64,000 bases of DNA from Iphione sp. A-MEVVRFRX5. Its lineage: Eukaryota. Made by a program: the position numbers and the translations under genes. Every line of letters begins with the position of its first letter. Position 1 is the stretch's first letter. The notes beneath the pieces were generated by a model. That model searched no databases. It was not told the DNA's origin and saw nothing but the letters and a program-made list of their open reading frames with translations. Of the stretch, positions 1-12,700 are shown in pieces. The DNA lies in assembly GCA_976226885.1 (NCBI GenBank), contig OZ320317.1, positions 33,604,001 through 33,668,000 of the forward strand. The letters run 5' to 3'.

Positions 1-1
1 C

Positions 2-814
2 GTGCTCCCTAAGAGCTGCAAAGCTGTCATCTATGCAGATGACCTATCAGTCATGTGCTACGCGAGAGATCTACTCTGCCTGCGCGGGACTGCAGATCAG
101 GTGCTGAATGCTGTGGCTACGTGGTGCAGGCATGAAAGGTTGGTGCTCAGTGAGTCCAAGTGTGCATACCTACCAATGCTAAAGGCTAAGGGTATTCCTC
201 TTGACCTGAGCCTCAACGGGTCAGATCTCAAGATGGAAAGAGTGATAACCCTACTGGGCTATAGGCTTGATGGTGGTCTCAGAATGCGAGATAGTTGCAG
301 GGACGTCAAGAAAAAGACGTGGGGCATTGCCCTAAGGGTAGGAAGGACAAAGAGCTTCCTCCCATTCTCAGCACGACTTCATCTCTTCAAATCGCTGCTG
401 TTGGCCATCTACCACTACAATGCGATACTCTGGTATGGGTTACCGGCGTCTGCGGTGGTTGACCTACAGGTACACCTAAACCGTTGTGCCCGGGTGTGCC
501 TTCAAGGCAAACAGTATCTGTCGTCTACACGGATCGAGCGGCAATGTGGTGTGAAAAGAGTTAGCGACATAGTGTCAGTCAAGGGGATTTGTGCAATCCA
601 CAAACAGAAGAATCTTGGCCTTCTACCAGTGGATAAATGCACGAAAACAAGACAAGGGAGGGACGTGAGAATAGCTGTGAGCAAACCAAAAAGCTCCTCG
701 TATGCCTCTTCTCTGAGGTATCTGGGGGTAAAAAGGTGGAATCAGTTGCCTACGCTCCTTAAAGGCTGTCCGAGACTTGCACCTAGGGCGGTAAGGCAAG
801 CACTGTACCAGTGA
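2..814 (+). CDS. 3' part of a non-LTR retrotransposon (LINE; L2/CR1/Jockey-group-like) reverse transcriptase ORF, cut by the window start
   Basis: Open 270-codon frame with the RT catalytic motif VIYADDL, a downstream LGY-LD thumb-like segment and a C-terminal 'GVKRWNQLP' typical of LINE ORF2 ends. Clade assignment is tentative. Confidence 0.85.
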   Translation: MLPKSCKAVIYADDLSVMCYARDLLCLRGTADQVLNAVATWCRHERLVLSESKCAYLPMLKAKGIPLDLSLNGSDLKMERVITLLGYRLDGGLRMRDSCRDVKKKTWGIALRVGRTKSFLPFSARLHLFKSLLLAIYHYNAILWYGLPASAVVDLQVHLNRCARVCLQGKQYLSSTRIERQCGVKRVSDIVSVKGICAIHKQKNLGLLPVDKCTKTRQGRDVRIAVSKPKSSSYASSLRYLGVKRWNQLPTLLKGCPRLAPRAVRQALYQ

Positions 815-3800
815 ACTGTCTTGGGCCAACGAACCGGTGGTAGAACTCTCTGAATTCCACAAACGGGATTGGCATTTGTATGGCTTTGATGGATGAATGC
901 GTATATGTGCGTATATGTGAATGCGTGATAAATTGCTTTGAGTTAGTGGGGGTCTGATTGGCTCCACTGTCTCATGTAAGATTTTGACGGGATGCTATTC
1001 AGCCTATGTCTCATACCGTGCACTAACCAGCGAGATTTTTTTGATCACTCACTTCGGTAAGATCGAGCATTCTGTGGATTTTACTGTGATATCTGTGAAA
1101 CATACAATTGTGGAATATGCTTTGTGTCTTGAGAAGTGTAGAATATGGCTTTTGTACCGATGTCCAGATCAGGAATGACTTTAAATAATTTACCTGTTGG
1201 TTTACTGTGAGATTTCCTCTGTGATGATTAGTTGAATTTTTGATGCATACTACAGAGATTGCCATGATGACCTTTTCCATGATGCTATTAGTAGTTCAAG
1301 CTATTGTATGTGATCTTTATTCTATCATATCCACTATGTTGCACCTCGTATAATGCTGTGTATTGTTCTTCATTCACTATTCGACGTTAATAGCTCTAAT
1401 GTACTTGGAGATGTTGAATAAACAATTACAATTACAACTGTTAAAAGTCATGCAAAATGGTTGAAATTCTCCATATTATCCTTTTTATTGAAAACTAGGG
1501 GAAGAAAGTGGAAAAAAAATTAAAAAAGATACCTCTCTCCCTACCTAGGTTTTTGTCTGGTTGTTACCAAAAACACACCTTTTTTTGGAGGGGGGATAGG
1601 GGGTGGCCTTAGTGAAGCAAGGTAAGAGAATGCAGTTGTGATGTGATGTCTGCAACAACATGTAAGATATACCCAGGCAGAAACAAGAATAGGGGAGTAT
1701 TCCCGTGCTGGCCTAAAAAAGTGCAGTCCCTGTCACTTGTCTTTTTGATTAAATGGTAATAAGAAGGATACAAATACTTCTAGTTTCCACTTTTTTTATA
1801 TAACTGATTGCTTTGTATATTCCTAATAAATTATATTTCTTAAACCACATAGCTATGATAATTGTCTAGGAAGGACATCTGTCAGCAATTTTAATTGAGG
1901 TAGCATAACAATGTCCATATACTAAAGTCCGACCTGAGCCTTTCTTAAGAGCGGATGTATACATACATTTATACAGTCAGGATCTGATATCCAAATAATT
2001 ACTTATTCACCTGTCATCAAAAAGATATCGAATGAAGTCTGATGTGGAGTCATGCTACTGTTGTCAAAGGACAACTGGCAGGATGTTAACGTGTTCTGAA
2101 ATGACATTCCTATGCAATTCCTACTTGGCAGATGTCTTTAAGTCCAAGAGAAGCAAGGAGAGGGAGGGAGGCAGAGTTTACGGATAGACAGATAGACAGA
2201 GACAAAGAGAGAGTGAGGCTGAAGATTGGCATATCAACCGACAGACAGGATTAACATAGACACAGGAAGGAACAACTAATGGGAAGAAGGAAGTAAGAAG
2301 GAGGGAGAGAGACAGAGAGAAATAAAAAGATACAGAGAGAGATTTATGTGGCAGGTCTTTCGAGAAACAAAACTGGGCAGAAGTGAGACACGTTCATGCA
2401 GTGTTCAACACTGTCATATCCTTCCTATACTCCAGCCTAACGCTTACAGCCAGCTGACAGTATCAAATAGTCTGTATTGGGGTTTATACTTTATCTAACT
2501 CATAAGAGATAATTGACCTTTGATTACACAGATTTGACGCATGGATTAAAGTGTAAAATTCACTCATATTAGTAATTTTCCCTGACTTACTACCAAATAA
2601 ACACTAATTTGGAGGTCGGTTTGTCTAAGCATCCTCCATCAGTTCTACTAATACCAATGTCATACTTCAAGCCCCTTCCTCCAGTATTTAACAGCTGTTT
2701 AAGTCCTCCTGTCTGTTAACAATCCTTTTGTATGGAATGGACGGTTAACTGTCATAAGTGAAATATAATCCCCACTTTGAGCCCCTCATCACAAGTCTCC
2801 GCAAAGAGGGATTTAGCCCGTCATGTTCGGCCGGGAGCTAGCCGGGCCAGGATTCCAGACTATTGATGAGCCAGAGATATTTTTTGTTGCTGGAAGTTGA
2901 GATGCAGGTTTAGAAATGACTACTCTAGCTGACATTAGTGCCAAAACCCACGTCTGATTTATTGATATGTTTGGCGTTATTTATTCGATAGTTGAACTGC
3001 ATGTGCAGTGTGTACTGTGTACGATTCGGCTAGGGAAGTGCTGACCTTATAGTGTGCTTGATGTGCATGCATATTCATACAGTTGAAAGACTGTCTTGTC
3101 ATAGGATGCCGCAGCCTGAAATGTATATTGTGTAAAGGTCAGATTACAATGTAAGATGAGACAGGATGGTATTCACTTTGATAAAATGGCATTCTCTGAG
3201 ACATTCATCCAGATAAAATTATATGGGGTCAACATATCGAAACGATTTTTATAGGAGGATTGTAGGAAATGTTCCTTCCTTCAGAGAAATACACTGGGAT
3301 ACATGATATGATGTTTAATCATACCCGAGGGATATTTTCTTTCACGAATACATCTAAACCTACCTTTCCAGCGCAAAATAATACAATGAAAGGTCGATCT
3401 TGTACCTGAATGTACAAAATAGGCTAAATCCGCACTCTCGGAAAAAATGCAGAAATCAGAAAGATCAACATTGACTGACTTATCAATATTGCCATCGTTA
3501 GTAAAACAGTGAATATGTGCGCAATTCGATGGCCTACCTGAACGCATAGATTATTCCACTTATTCAAACTATAAAGTATTTATTAGGTTGCCGTGAGGAT
3601 TATTATTTATGGATGTCACTAAGCTTTCATATACTGACAGAGATATGAAACAAGGTTTATTACTTCTAGCCTTTACAAATCCTAAACGCACTATTGCCGA
3701 ACAGGAGCCTCAGTATCACTACAAATTGTCATGCCAACATATCATACAGTCAATGACTCCTTCTCTTTATGTGCAATAAGTGTCATTTTATGTCAGCGAA

Positions 3801-5943
3801 TATCATTTACATATTGATAAAAGGAATTCAAAGATAGGTAAATGCACTCATGAATCACTCATCAGATATGGTCTTCGATTACACTAGCACCCAGTAATTG
3901 GCAAGATGCCACAAAGTGACGGACTTTAAGCTATACGATTTTCGCCCTTGACTCGTTCACATTATTGAGTCGCAGGATCAAGGTTCCCCCGTCAAACAAG
4001 TACCTTAGTTTAGGACACTTTTTCAGAAATCACCGAGGAAGGCTGCCATCTATTCACTGTCACGACACATCGAAAGAAGGCAATATTCATAAAACGAAAT
4101 AACGTGCCGCGTATCTTTCTACATACAACCTTAACCAAGGACTAAAGAGACAACAGAGGGTATTGCATCAACAGAGATCAAAGCAGCCATTTCCTTGCAA
4201 CAAATCACGTAGAAACATTAGGAACCTACATGCTTTCTAATTTCTCTAATTGCTCATTCCCTGAGTCAGGGGTGAACTTTCAGCAAACTAGACGCATCAA
4301 CCTCCAGCTCCAGGTCTTCACTATCAACTCCACATCCACAAGCAGCTACATACAAGCTAGCGATCATCACTCAAGGCTAATCTCCCTTCTCTGGTGGGCA
4401 CCGGTCTTTAAATGGCAGGTTATTTATTGCTGGGTTATGCTTCTCAAGTTGCGGCATCAGGAGGAGCCAGAGGAGGAAATGAGGAGGGGGAGGAGGGATG
4501 GAGGTCTTCCCTATGGTGCCATGGGCTAGGATACCGACCCCAGCAATCATTCATAACAGGATAAGCTTAAAGTGAGAAGGGTCCGGACCGAGAGGGTGGC
4601 AACTCGTTTCAAAGCGGCTGCAGTTTTGAGTCTTCGCCGGCCGGAAAGTCTTTTCTAGTGGTCAACCGTACATGATCCCTTACCGGCGTTTAAGGATCAA
4701 ACAGTCAGGTTTTTATGCCTTTACTTCCCGTCGACTTCCACACCTCTATCTGAAATAATATTGCATTGACCTGACCCTCTGGCAGGAGATTTTATTTCAA
4801 ATGTAGACCGTGGGTTCATTCGGTATCAACAGACTTCTATCTGTTATTTACCTTTGTATAATTAATTGTAGAATAACGTGGCAAGATAGGATACATTTCA
4901 CCTGTGACAGATACTATTCGATGAAGTTCGTTCATGGGTAAAAACCAATTCATCATTTTACAAATGTGTACACATATACATCTATATATTCACGATAAAT
5001 GTAAACAGTAAGAAGACACATGGCAAGGGAAAGGTATAACAGGCCGAACGAAAGGAAATAGCAGCTGATACTTATATTGGCAACGTCCAAAAACTGTTGT
5101 CCGGTTATTCCAGTTTACAACCCCGTACCGGTACAAAGACTTTAAGCAGCAAGTGTAGGTAATTAATGGGGGAACACATCAACAAGCCCCTGTACAACTC
5201 CCTCCCATCAAGGAGGGTCTCAGGCTGACCCCGGGTGCCATGAGCAGCTCATAGTAATCCGGGTCAAATGGTCATAGGAGTAATATTTTAGCGAATAGGA
5301 GGCTGTTTCGGCTTAGCTGTTAAAAGGTACAGAGCAAATGGAGTAAAGATGGGGGAAAGGAGGACGGGAAAGAGTGGACGGCGAAAGTATGGACATGGTT
5401 CCTAATTAAAAAGTACTGTCCGGCCAGCTTAAAGACATTGGGAAGAGATCCGGGCAGGTGGATGCATTCGCAGATGGTGACGATTTAGTTATCTCGTCAG
5501 AGGTCAGTCAAAATGGTGTGCGATGACTGACAAATCATTAGACTTGTTCCACAGGAAGTAATGATCATACAGTTCTCCAAGTGACATGATGCTGGTTGAC
5601 GTTCAGGTCATCAGAGTGCTTTTTTGAAAAGTACGCCAAAATGATCGCTGACCAGAGAAATATTCTAAGGCATCTATCGACAGAATATAGATCAGACAGC
5701 TTTTCTTACACCACATCAATCCTAATAGCATGAATAATGGTTAGAGTGAAGCAATGCTGTTTTATATAATTCTAGTAATCATATATTGCTGCTAATATGT
5801 GGTTATGCTTTAACATATGGTTACTTAATTGTGTGTTGATAAGAGTTGCTGTGTTGTAAGAAATAATTTTATTTTAGTGGACATGTTGGTCCGTCCCTTA
5901 TATCCTATATTCCATAAGTCGTCGGTAGGTATTAGCTCAGATT

Positions 5944-6300
5944 AATGGTTTCTGGGAGGCTGTTGAAAATAGCTGCTCCAGTTGGTAGTAATCCGTACTA
6001 TTTTGTAGCTAGAGGGTGTTTTAATAGTATTGAAAAAGCGGTTGCTAGCTGTTGTTTCAGTCGACAGTAATTACCAAGGGTTTGCAATTAGTGAGTATTC
6101 ATTTGATGGAGGATGATCGGTAGCAGTCTGCAGATATTGGTCCACTGCACACTGGTTGGTAGGTGGTTTGTGCCTGGAGGGCATGTGTTGGCCTGGTGCA
6201 TGATTGTTTGTAGTTGTTGGTAGTGAACAGCAGGTAGCGAGTGTATATATGGTTTACGTAAAGGTACTGGGTGTTAGAGTGTGGTGACTGGCAGATGTTG
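5944..6300 (-). pseudogene. Possible fossil LINE ORF2 C-terminus
   Basis: Minus-strand peptide GAAIFNSLPETI (5944-5979) resembles the LINE C-terminal G-x-x-L/W-N-S-L-P motif; the surrounding frame is full of stops. Confidence 0.25.
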
Positions 6301-6338
6301 GTCGAAATCGCCAGTCGCTGCTACTTCTGTTGATGAAC

Positions 6339-6358
6339 ATGATGATGATGATGATGAT
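6339..6358. repeat. (ATG)n microsatellite
   Basis: Direct reading: atgatgatgatgatgatgat. Confidence 0.9.
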
Positions 6359-9289
6359 TACCCAGGGAGTGATTATACGTTGCTTCATTACCAGCTTACA
6401 CCGAGCAGAGAAAGTAGACAAAGTAACTAAAAGACAAATGAAGCTCCCTTCACCTCACTCCCTATTTCTCTCCATCACCGCGGTCTCTTCTCTCCCACCC
6501 ATCATCAGCCAACTATCCACTGTGCTAACCTCCTCCCTATTACCCCTCAGCCCCCTCTGTCTTCAGCGTCCCGCCTTACAACTCCTCAATGGTATCTCTA
6601 GAGTACCACATACTAAGGCTAATTGCAAGAACGTGCTGTACCTGGAAATAGGTTAATCCTATCAGTACGTACTGAGCGACACTTGCAGGAATGTCACCCA
6701 TGGAGTATTACATATGTAATTAGTACCCTGGTTAACAATATGGCATGGCACAGGATTAAATATTCATGGAGGACCGCATATCAGGTACGTGTCTGTAAAC
6801 GTTTCTTGCTCCGTATATTGTACTTCCTTGGAATTTATAATGTCATGAATATGTGACGAGGTTGACAATTGTCATTAGATATATCTAGGAAATATTTTAT
6901 ACTTGTGCAGCTGAGAGATAATCCGTAAACTAATTTCTTTCCCGAGAATTTGCTGAAATTATGATTTATATTTGGCCTGGATATTAAGTATACTCCACGG
7001 CAGGGCGAGCCCAAACACATTTTCCCCTTCAAACTTTAGGTGCCACCCATATCGTAAAACCCCTTTCCTAGACAGTCTTCATGATTTTGCTTTGCACTGA
7101 TTTTTTCACGAATGTTAACCAAAGCAAGGGTCGTGTAAGCTTTCAGTCCCATATCCTGCATGAGGATGTTGAACTGTTCTTTAAATTCAATTGCCTGTCT
7201 CCCTGTGTTGTATCAGGTCTGTCCGATGTAACCAATATTTGCCAAGGGGCGTTGGAATGTATTCATGTGTTGCAAGGCAGAGTGCATAATATGTGTGTAA
7301 ATAGAAAGAACATCACAGAAACCTGAGTATGATCATTTGAGATACAATATGCAACCACCAGATTTGTCCTTATCTTCAAATTTGCGCATGGCCGAAGGTA
7401 GCAGAGTTCCTCCCGTGCACATATTGCCCTGTTTCCTTCCCTTCTCTAATTCACGATCCAATCAGCCGACTAAACCAACTAACAACTAACGAACAGGCAA
7501 ATTAACTAACGAAGCCGCCGATTGGTGATAGGCCGACCTTGCTAGCAGCATACCCAACAAGGACGTAAATAGCAAACGGGCAAAGCACGTGCAAAAAAGA
7601 CGTACAGCGATTTTTTTTAGCTACTGTGATGCCAACATCCGCAAATGATAAGGATACATGTAGCTTTACTACGTGCCTTTTATTTGACCTCTTTCAGTAC
7701 AAATACGGTTTGGTCTGCCCATTCTTAATTTTACATCTCATAACATTACATTGTTCCCACCACCGCTGCTGTTTCACCCACTAATACATGTACTACCATG
7801 TTGCGTGACCTGAACCAAATCGGTTAGGATTCATTCATGTATACAACATATTCGGAAAAATTAGGACCTATGATGAAAACTTATTACCAAAACAGTATAC
7901 CTAACTTCATCCCATATCACCTCTGTCCACCCAGCAAAGTAATTTATGAACTATATTGTAAACCCCCTGTTCCAACAATACAGTTTTATCTCCCACTCAT
8001 TCAACCACAAGCATGTCCATTCAGCCCTACAAGTCATCTCAACAACGAACCGTATGTATGCCCATAAATTGGTTCGGCTGTTCATCTAAAGAGCGAACTA
8101 GACCTAAAGATTTCCTGCCCCCTGACGTAAAGATTACGCATGCAAATATCCAACCACATCCATGTCTCTCCATCTATCGTGCAGGTTACCTGCCAACTTA
8201 TCATATTTATGCTCAACCACCGAGCATTCGAACGCGTAATGAACTATCTGGCGAAATATCCAAGTATCTTGCAGAGAAAAGTTGCCTAATTGGGCAAGCA
8301 CTTGTTCTAATGATGAAAGACATAAATAGATCAAGCTGAGTCATTCACCATTCCAGCAACCATGTCTGCACACCAGCGAAATACTGAACCAGAGATTTAC
8401 CAGGTCATTCACCCTGCTTCTAATTAGTTAAAGAAAATCTAGTATAACGGGCTTTGATCAAATAGCCGCAGAGATAGAGATTAAAGGGTAACATTATACA
8501 CATACTCACATACAGTGGAAACTCTATTTGTGACGGCTCCTATTTGTGACCATTCTTGCTGATATGACCACCTGAAGTCGGACCCAAAGTATTGATTTCT
8601 ATAATAAAAAATTATCAATTTCCGACCATTCTTGCCATTACAGCCATTTGATCTTGGACCACAGTGGTGGTTGCAAATAGAGATTCCACTGTACACGTCC
8701 AAGGTATTGTACAAACACAGCAAATACCAAATAATTCACGATACAACTAACCAACCAATCACAGAAAAGCAATTATACATACACACACACAACACACACA
8801 TTGCTGACAGTACCTCCCTCACTGATCTCCTCCAGCAAGTAGCCAGAATCCCTGCTCATAGAGAGGAGGACGCTTTGTCTTAGAAGTAGCTTTTGTCTTG
8901 ATAGAGGAGCCTGCTGCTCCTACTCTTGCTCTGGGGGTCCAGCTTCCTTGAGCTGCTCACAGCGCGGGAGATGGGAGGGTGTGAGCCGCTCAGCTTGACC
9001 TGCTCGCTCCTTCTGCCTGACTGATTGGTGTTTGGATTGGCGTAATGGGTGCCGCTAAGTGTCGCTGCCACCTCCACGCATACGTAGGAGGGAAAAATAG
9101 AAAATGAGGGAGTGCTGCATTGGAGGAGATGAGGGATGGCTCAAAAGGGGGAGGGTGCAGTGAAGAGAGGACAGAAGAGAAGGGTTACTTTGAGAAGGAT
9201 TAGCGGGAATGGGAAAAGGAAACGAAAGAGAACCACATGCGAGGATTCAGCGAAAGAGGTGGACGGATAAGGGGAATCGAAAGCACACT

Positions 9290-9760
9290 GTTAGCCTATG
9301 AAAACGTTACTAGGGATATACAATAAGGAAAGCCAGGGGAGAGGATACGAGCTGGGATGAGAGCAGGAGGCTGTAGTAGGGCAAGGAGAGGTATTATGGA
9401 GCAAACGAAAAAAAAACAAAATGAAAAGGCTATATTGAAGATCGTGTGTAGGGTTAAGAATGAAGGATATATGTAGAAGGGGGGGGGCAGGTTCGTTAAA
9501 GTATATGACAAATAGCTTGTGGAGCAAGACACAGAAGACAAAGATGTAGTAAAGCGTCAATAAAATTAAAGATGGATGAAAAAGTGATCAGGAGGAAGAG
9601 AGGCCTTGAGTCGTAGAGAATTTTAGAAGCAGTAAAGAGCATAGACAGACAAAGTGAAGTCTTTCTGGGAGGACTATATGGAAAGATGATATACGGCGGA
9701 AGAGCTGATGTTCTCAACGGCTAAGAGCGCTGAGGATCAAGGGATCAAAACATGTTGAGG
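9290..9760 (+). mobile_element. Possible fossil Penelope-like element 3' end (GIY-YIG remnant plus hammerhead-like motif)
   Basis: Degenerate peptides AILKIVCRVKNEGYM*KGG (~9429) and RKRGLES*RILEAVKSIDRQ (~9593) resemble the GIY-YIG start and end of PLE ORFs. They are followed by CTGAGGATC-AAGG-GATC-AAAAC-ATGTT (9730-9756). Confidence 0.3.
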
Positions 9761-12700
9761 AACAGGACGGTCAACCTTATGTCAGTGTTTAACATTCTGA
9801 GAAAATAAAAAGAATATTCTAATAGCATATGTCAAAAGATCATCGAGTAATATTGGAGCTAGGGCAAGAAAAGGTCATACATATTTTGCAATGATTCAGT
9901 GATAGTTTCACAGATGTATACCGAGATAATTAACATTGTTTTGTTTAATATTACTTGCTAACTTTCTGGCAGCATGTTACGATTTCCTCCTGGTTTTCCT
10001 CCGACTTGAACCGCTACTTCGTCACAGAACACAATTACCTTAGCATTATACATCATGTGTGGATACCAAATCAAAAGAAGAGATTGCAGCTTCAAATCCC
10101 CGACTGCTAGCCACTGGAACACGAAAAAGTTTCGAGTGAAAAGACTAACTGCGAACTGCCAGTCGAAGGGTAATGGAGGGCGAAGACAAAGCGAGTAACA
10201 AAGGCTTCCAGGAGGAGTGACGGCTAATTGATGTAGGCAGAAAGCGAAAATGGAGAGCATTACCTCTGTAGGAAATGCCACTGAAGGTGGCAGAATCTGG
10301 GGTGTTAGGGCTGGGAGCCGTTGGTTGTTGATGTAAGTAAAGCAAGGAAGGGTAAAAGTAGAGGCTAAAGAAGGGCGAAGACAGCATGATAAGAGGAGGG
10401 ATAGAAAGGACAGCAGGGAGAAGGGGCACAATGAGTTGCAGGAGGCGGGGGGGGGCAAGAAGGAGGAAACACACAGGATATTTGTAGTAAAATTCGGAAA
10501 GGCAGAGGAGGAGGAGAAGGAGGGGATTGGAAGGGGCGATTGAGAGGAATATGGTTGATGATGAGAAAGAGTTGGATAGGTAGAAGGTGAGAAAAACAAC
10601 GAGGAAGGGGAAAGGAGGTTTGGCAAAACGATAACAGAATAGACATGGGGAATAGATTGCAAAAAAGGGAGAACATATGGAATGTGCTGAAGAGAGGAAG
10701 GGCCACGAGGAAGAGTGTCACTAATCAGAGAAGAGGAAGAACTAAGGCCATATGCAGCAGAGAAGACGGACGTTGCCTCATAGAAGAACAGAGAGAGAGA
10801 GTAGAGAAACGAACCAGGGAATTGGACAATGCTTGTAGGTTAGAATAGTTCGACAGTGGGATTTAGCGATGTAATCTTTATATTAATACCTAAGGAATGA
10901 CCTGTCATCTCAACAACTGAATTCACTGAAAAGGAGAGCGATGACTGGTACATGAATAGTTGCTGTTGCCATGACTTTGGTTCGAGGTACACACTCTTGA
11001 ACTCAGCCGTCTATCATGTTACGAGTGATGTAATATTATTGCCTAATTTTGATGTTGGATGCTCATTGAAACTTTGCATTGAAAATAAGAGTGTGGAATA
11101 GATAAAGGCAAACTAAGGAAAGGGATGAGGGAAGCGATACGAGGACGATACAAGGAAGATGTGCAGACGAGTAGGGTGTGTCAGGAGCGAAAGAATTTGT
11201 GGGGTAGTCGAGGTAAGGGGGAGGGAGGGAGGAAGGGAGGGAGGGTGGGTGGGAAAGGGCGAACCAGAAAAGGCCAGTGGATTATTTGCTTCGTGAGTGT
11301 GGCCGGCCATTTGGACCGGGCTTATTACGGACAGCACAATAACCTTGTGTTTGGTGCTCATTGTTCTGTGATTTACTGGGCAGTCAGCGCGGAAAGCTAC
11401 CCATCTGTACATGTCAGCGCCGCCTACCGCCCCCAGCCCTTAATATGGACGTAAACGGGCACTGGTAAACATTACTTCTGTTTGTTATCAAATGGGCCCC
11501 CAACTAAGACTGTTCAGCGGCCAGCTGGAAAAGCCATGAATCTGAGCGCGAGTTGTGCTCATTAGGGGCCTATACATAAGGCATGGGTGGCTTGAGACAG
11601 AAGACAAACAAATAGGCAACCACCCAAGATGAAATCACATTTGGCGGTGTCTTCTGAAAGTTACAAATAGCCATGAGCAAATCCCCTAGTTAAATCAACT
11701 CGTTTATGAAACTGTCCCCGCAGACTGATTTTGGTATTTTCAGTAGCGATTCCGTGTCATTCATTGACTTATTTGTTATTGAAAGATTTCCATCATTATC
11801 TTGTCAGCTTCACATACAGATTTCTATTTTGAGTTTCGCACTTTATTTAAGGCGATCAGTTTCATCTCTTGCATTTCTGTTCTTTTCAATCTTATCAGTT
11901 TTTCGGTTTCTTAATCCCATAAACTTTCCACAGTGTAAACTGATTCACACACAATTACTGTTCCTACACGCAACGACCAAACAAGACAGGGAACTTGGAG
12001 AAGGAGGTTGAGGAAAGAAAGGAAAGAGAACATCATTCAAATCATTATACATTTATTTCAATTTGCGGAGTTGCCTCCTTCCAAGCACAGCCCCCTCCCG
12101 AGAGGTGAGTTATGTGATGCTAAGAAATCAAAACAAATTCGCTGGCGAGAAGCTATCGCTTCCATATTCATCCATTATTTTGTGCTTTAGGTGCATTCGA
12201 TGATGCCCCCGTTAGGTCTGAATCGCGATGGAATCATTATTCATTGCGTTCTCTGGCCTCCAGGGAGAGTCCCTTGAACAGCCGATCACCGATGTGCTAC
12301 TACATGGCAGAATGGTACAGGCCAGCAGGTGGTCGTGGATATTTAAAGGTATGAGTGGTCCCGTGCCAAGGACTTCAAATATTGGCCTAATCAAGAGGAG
12401 CCATGGTGAGGGGGAGGAACTATGGTCGGGTGCCATGTGGTCGTAGAGTTCTTTTCGGATCGTCCATGTTTCTCACGTGTCTCTCATGTGCCTCTCATGT
12501 ACTAAGAACGATTTTTTTCTTTGTGGAGTCTTGTTATATGATTCAGGAGATTAATTGATTCATTGCCCCACCTTTTCCCGCTTCCAGTTTGCCTACTCGT
12601 CAGTTAGCTCAAACCACAACCCTACACGATAGCCTCAGTCTTACTCTCAATGAGATACGGCAATGGTTCACAACAACGTACCGTAAAGCACCCATAGAAG

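Noticed and set aside
9958-10848. Long ORFs in purine/pyrimidine tracts (also 31224-31899, 59839-60367 and 62372-63129)
   Set aside because: Low-complexity Leu/Ser/Pro/Phe translations caused by compositional skew, which depletes stop codons.
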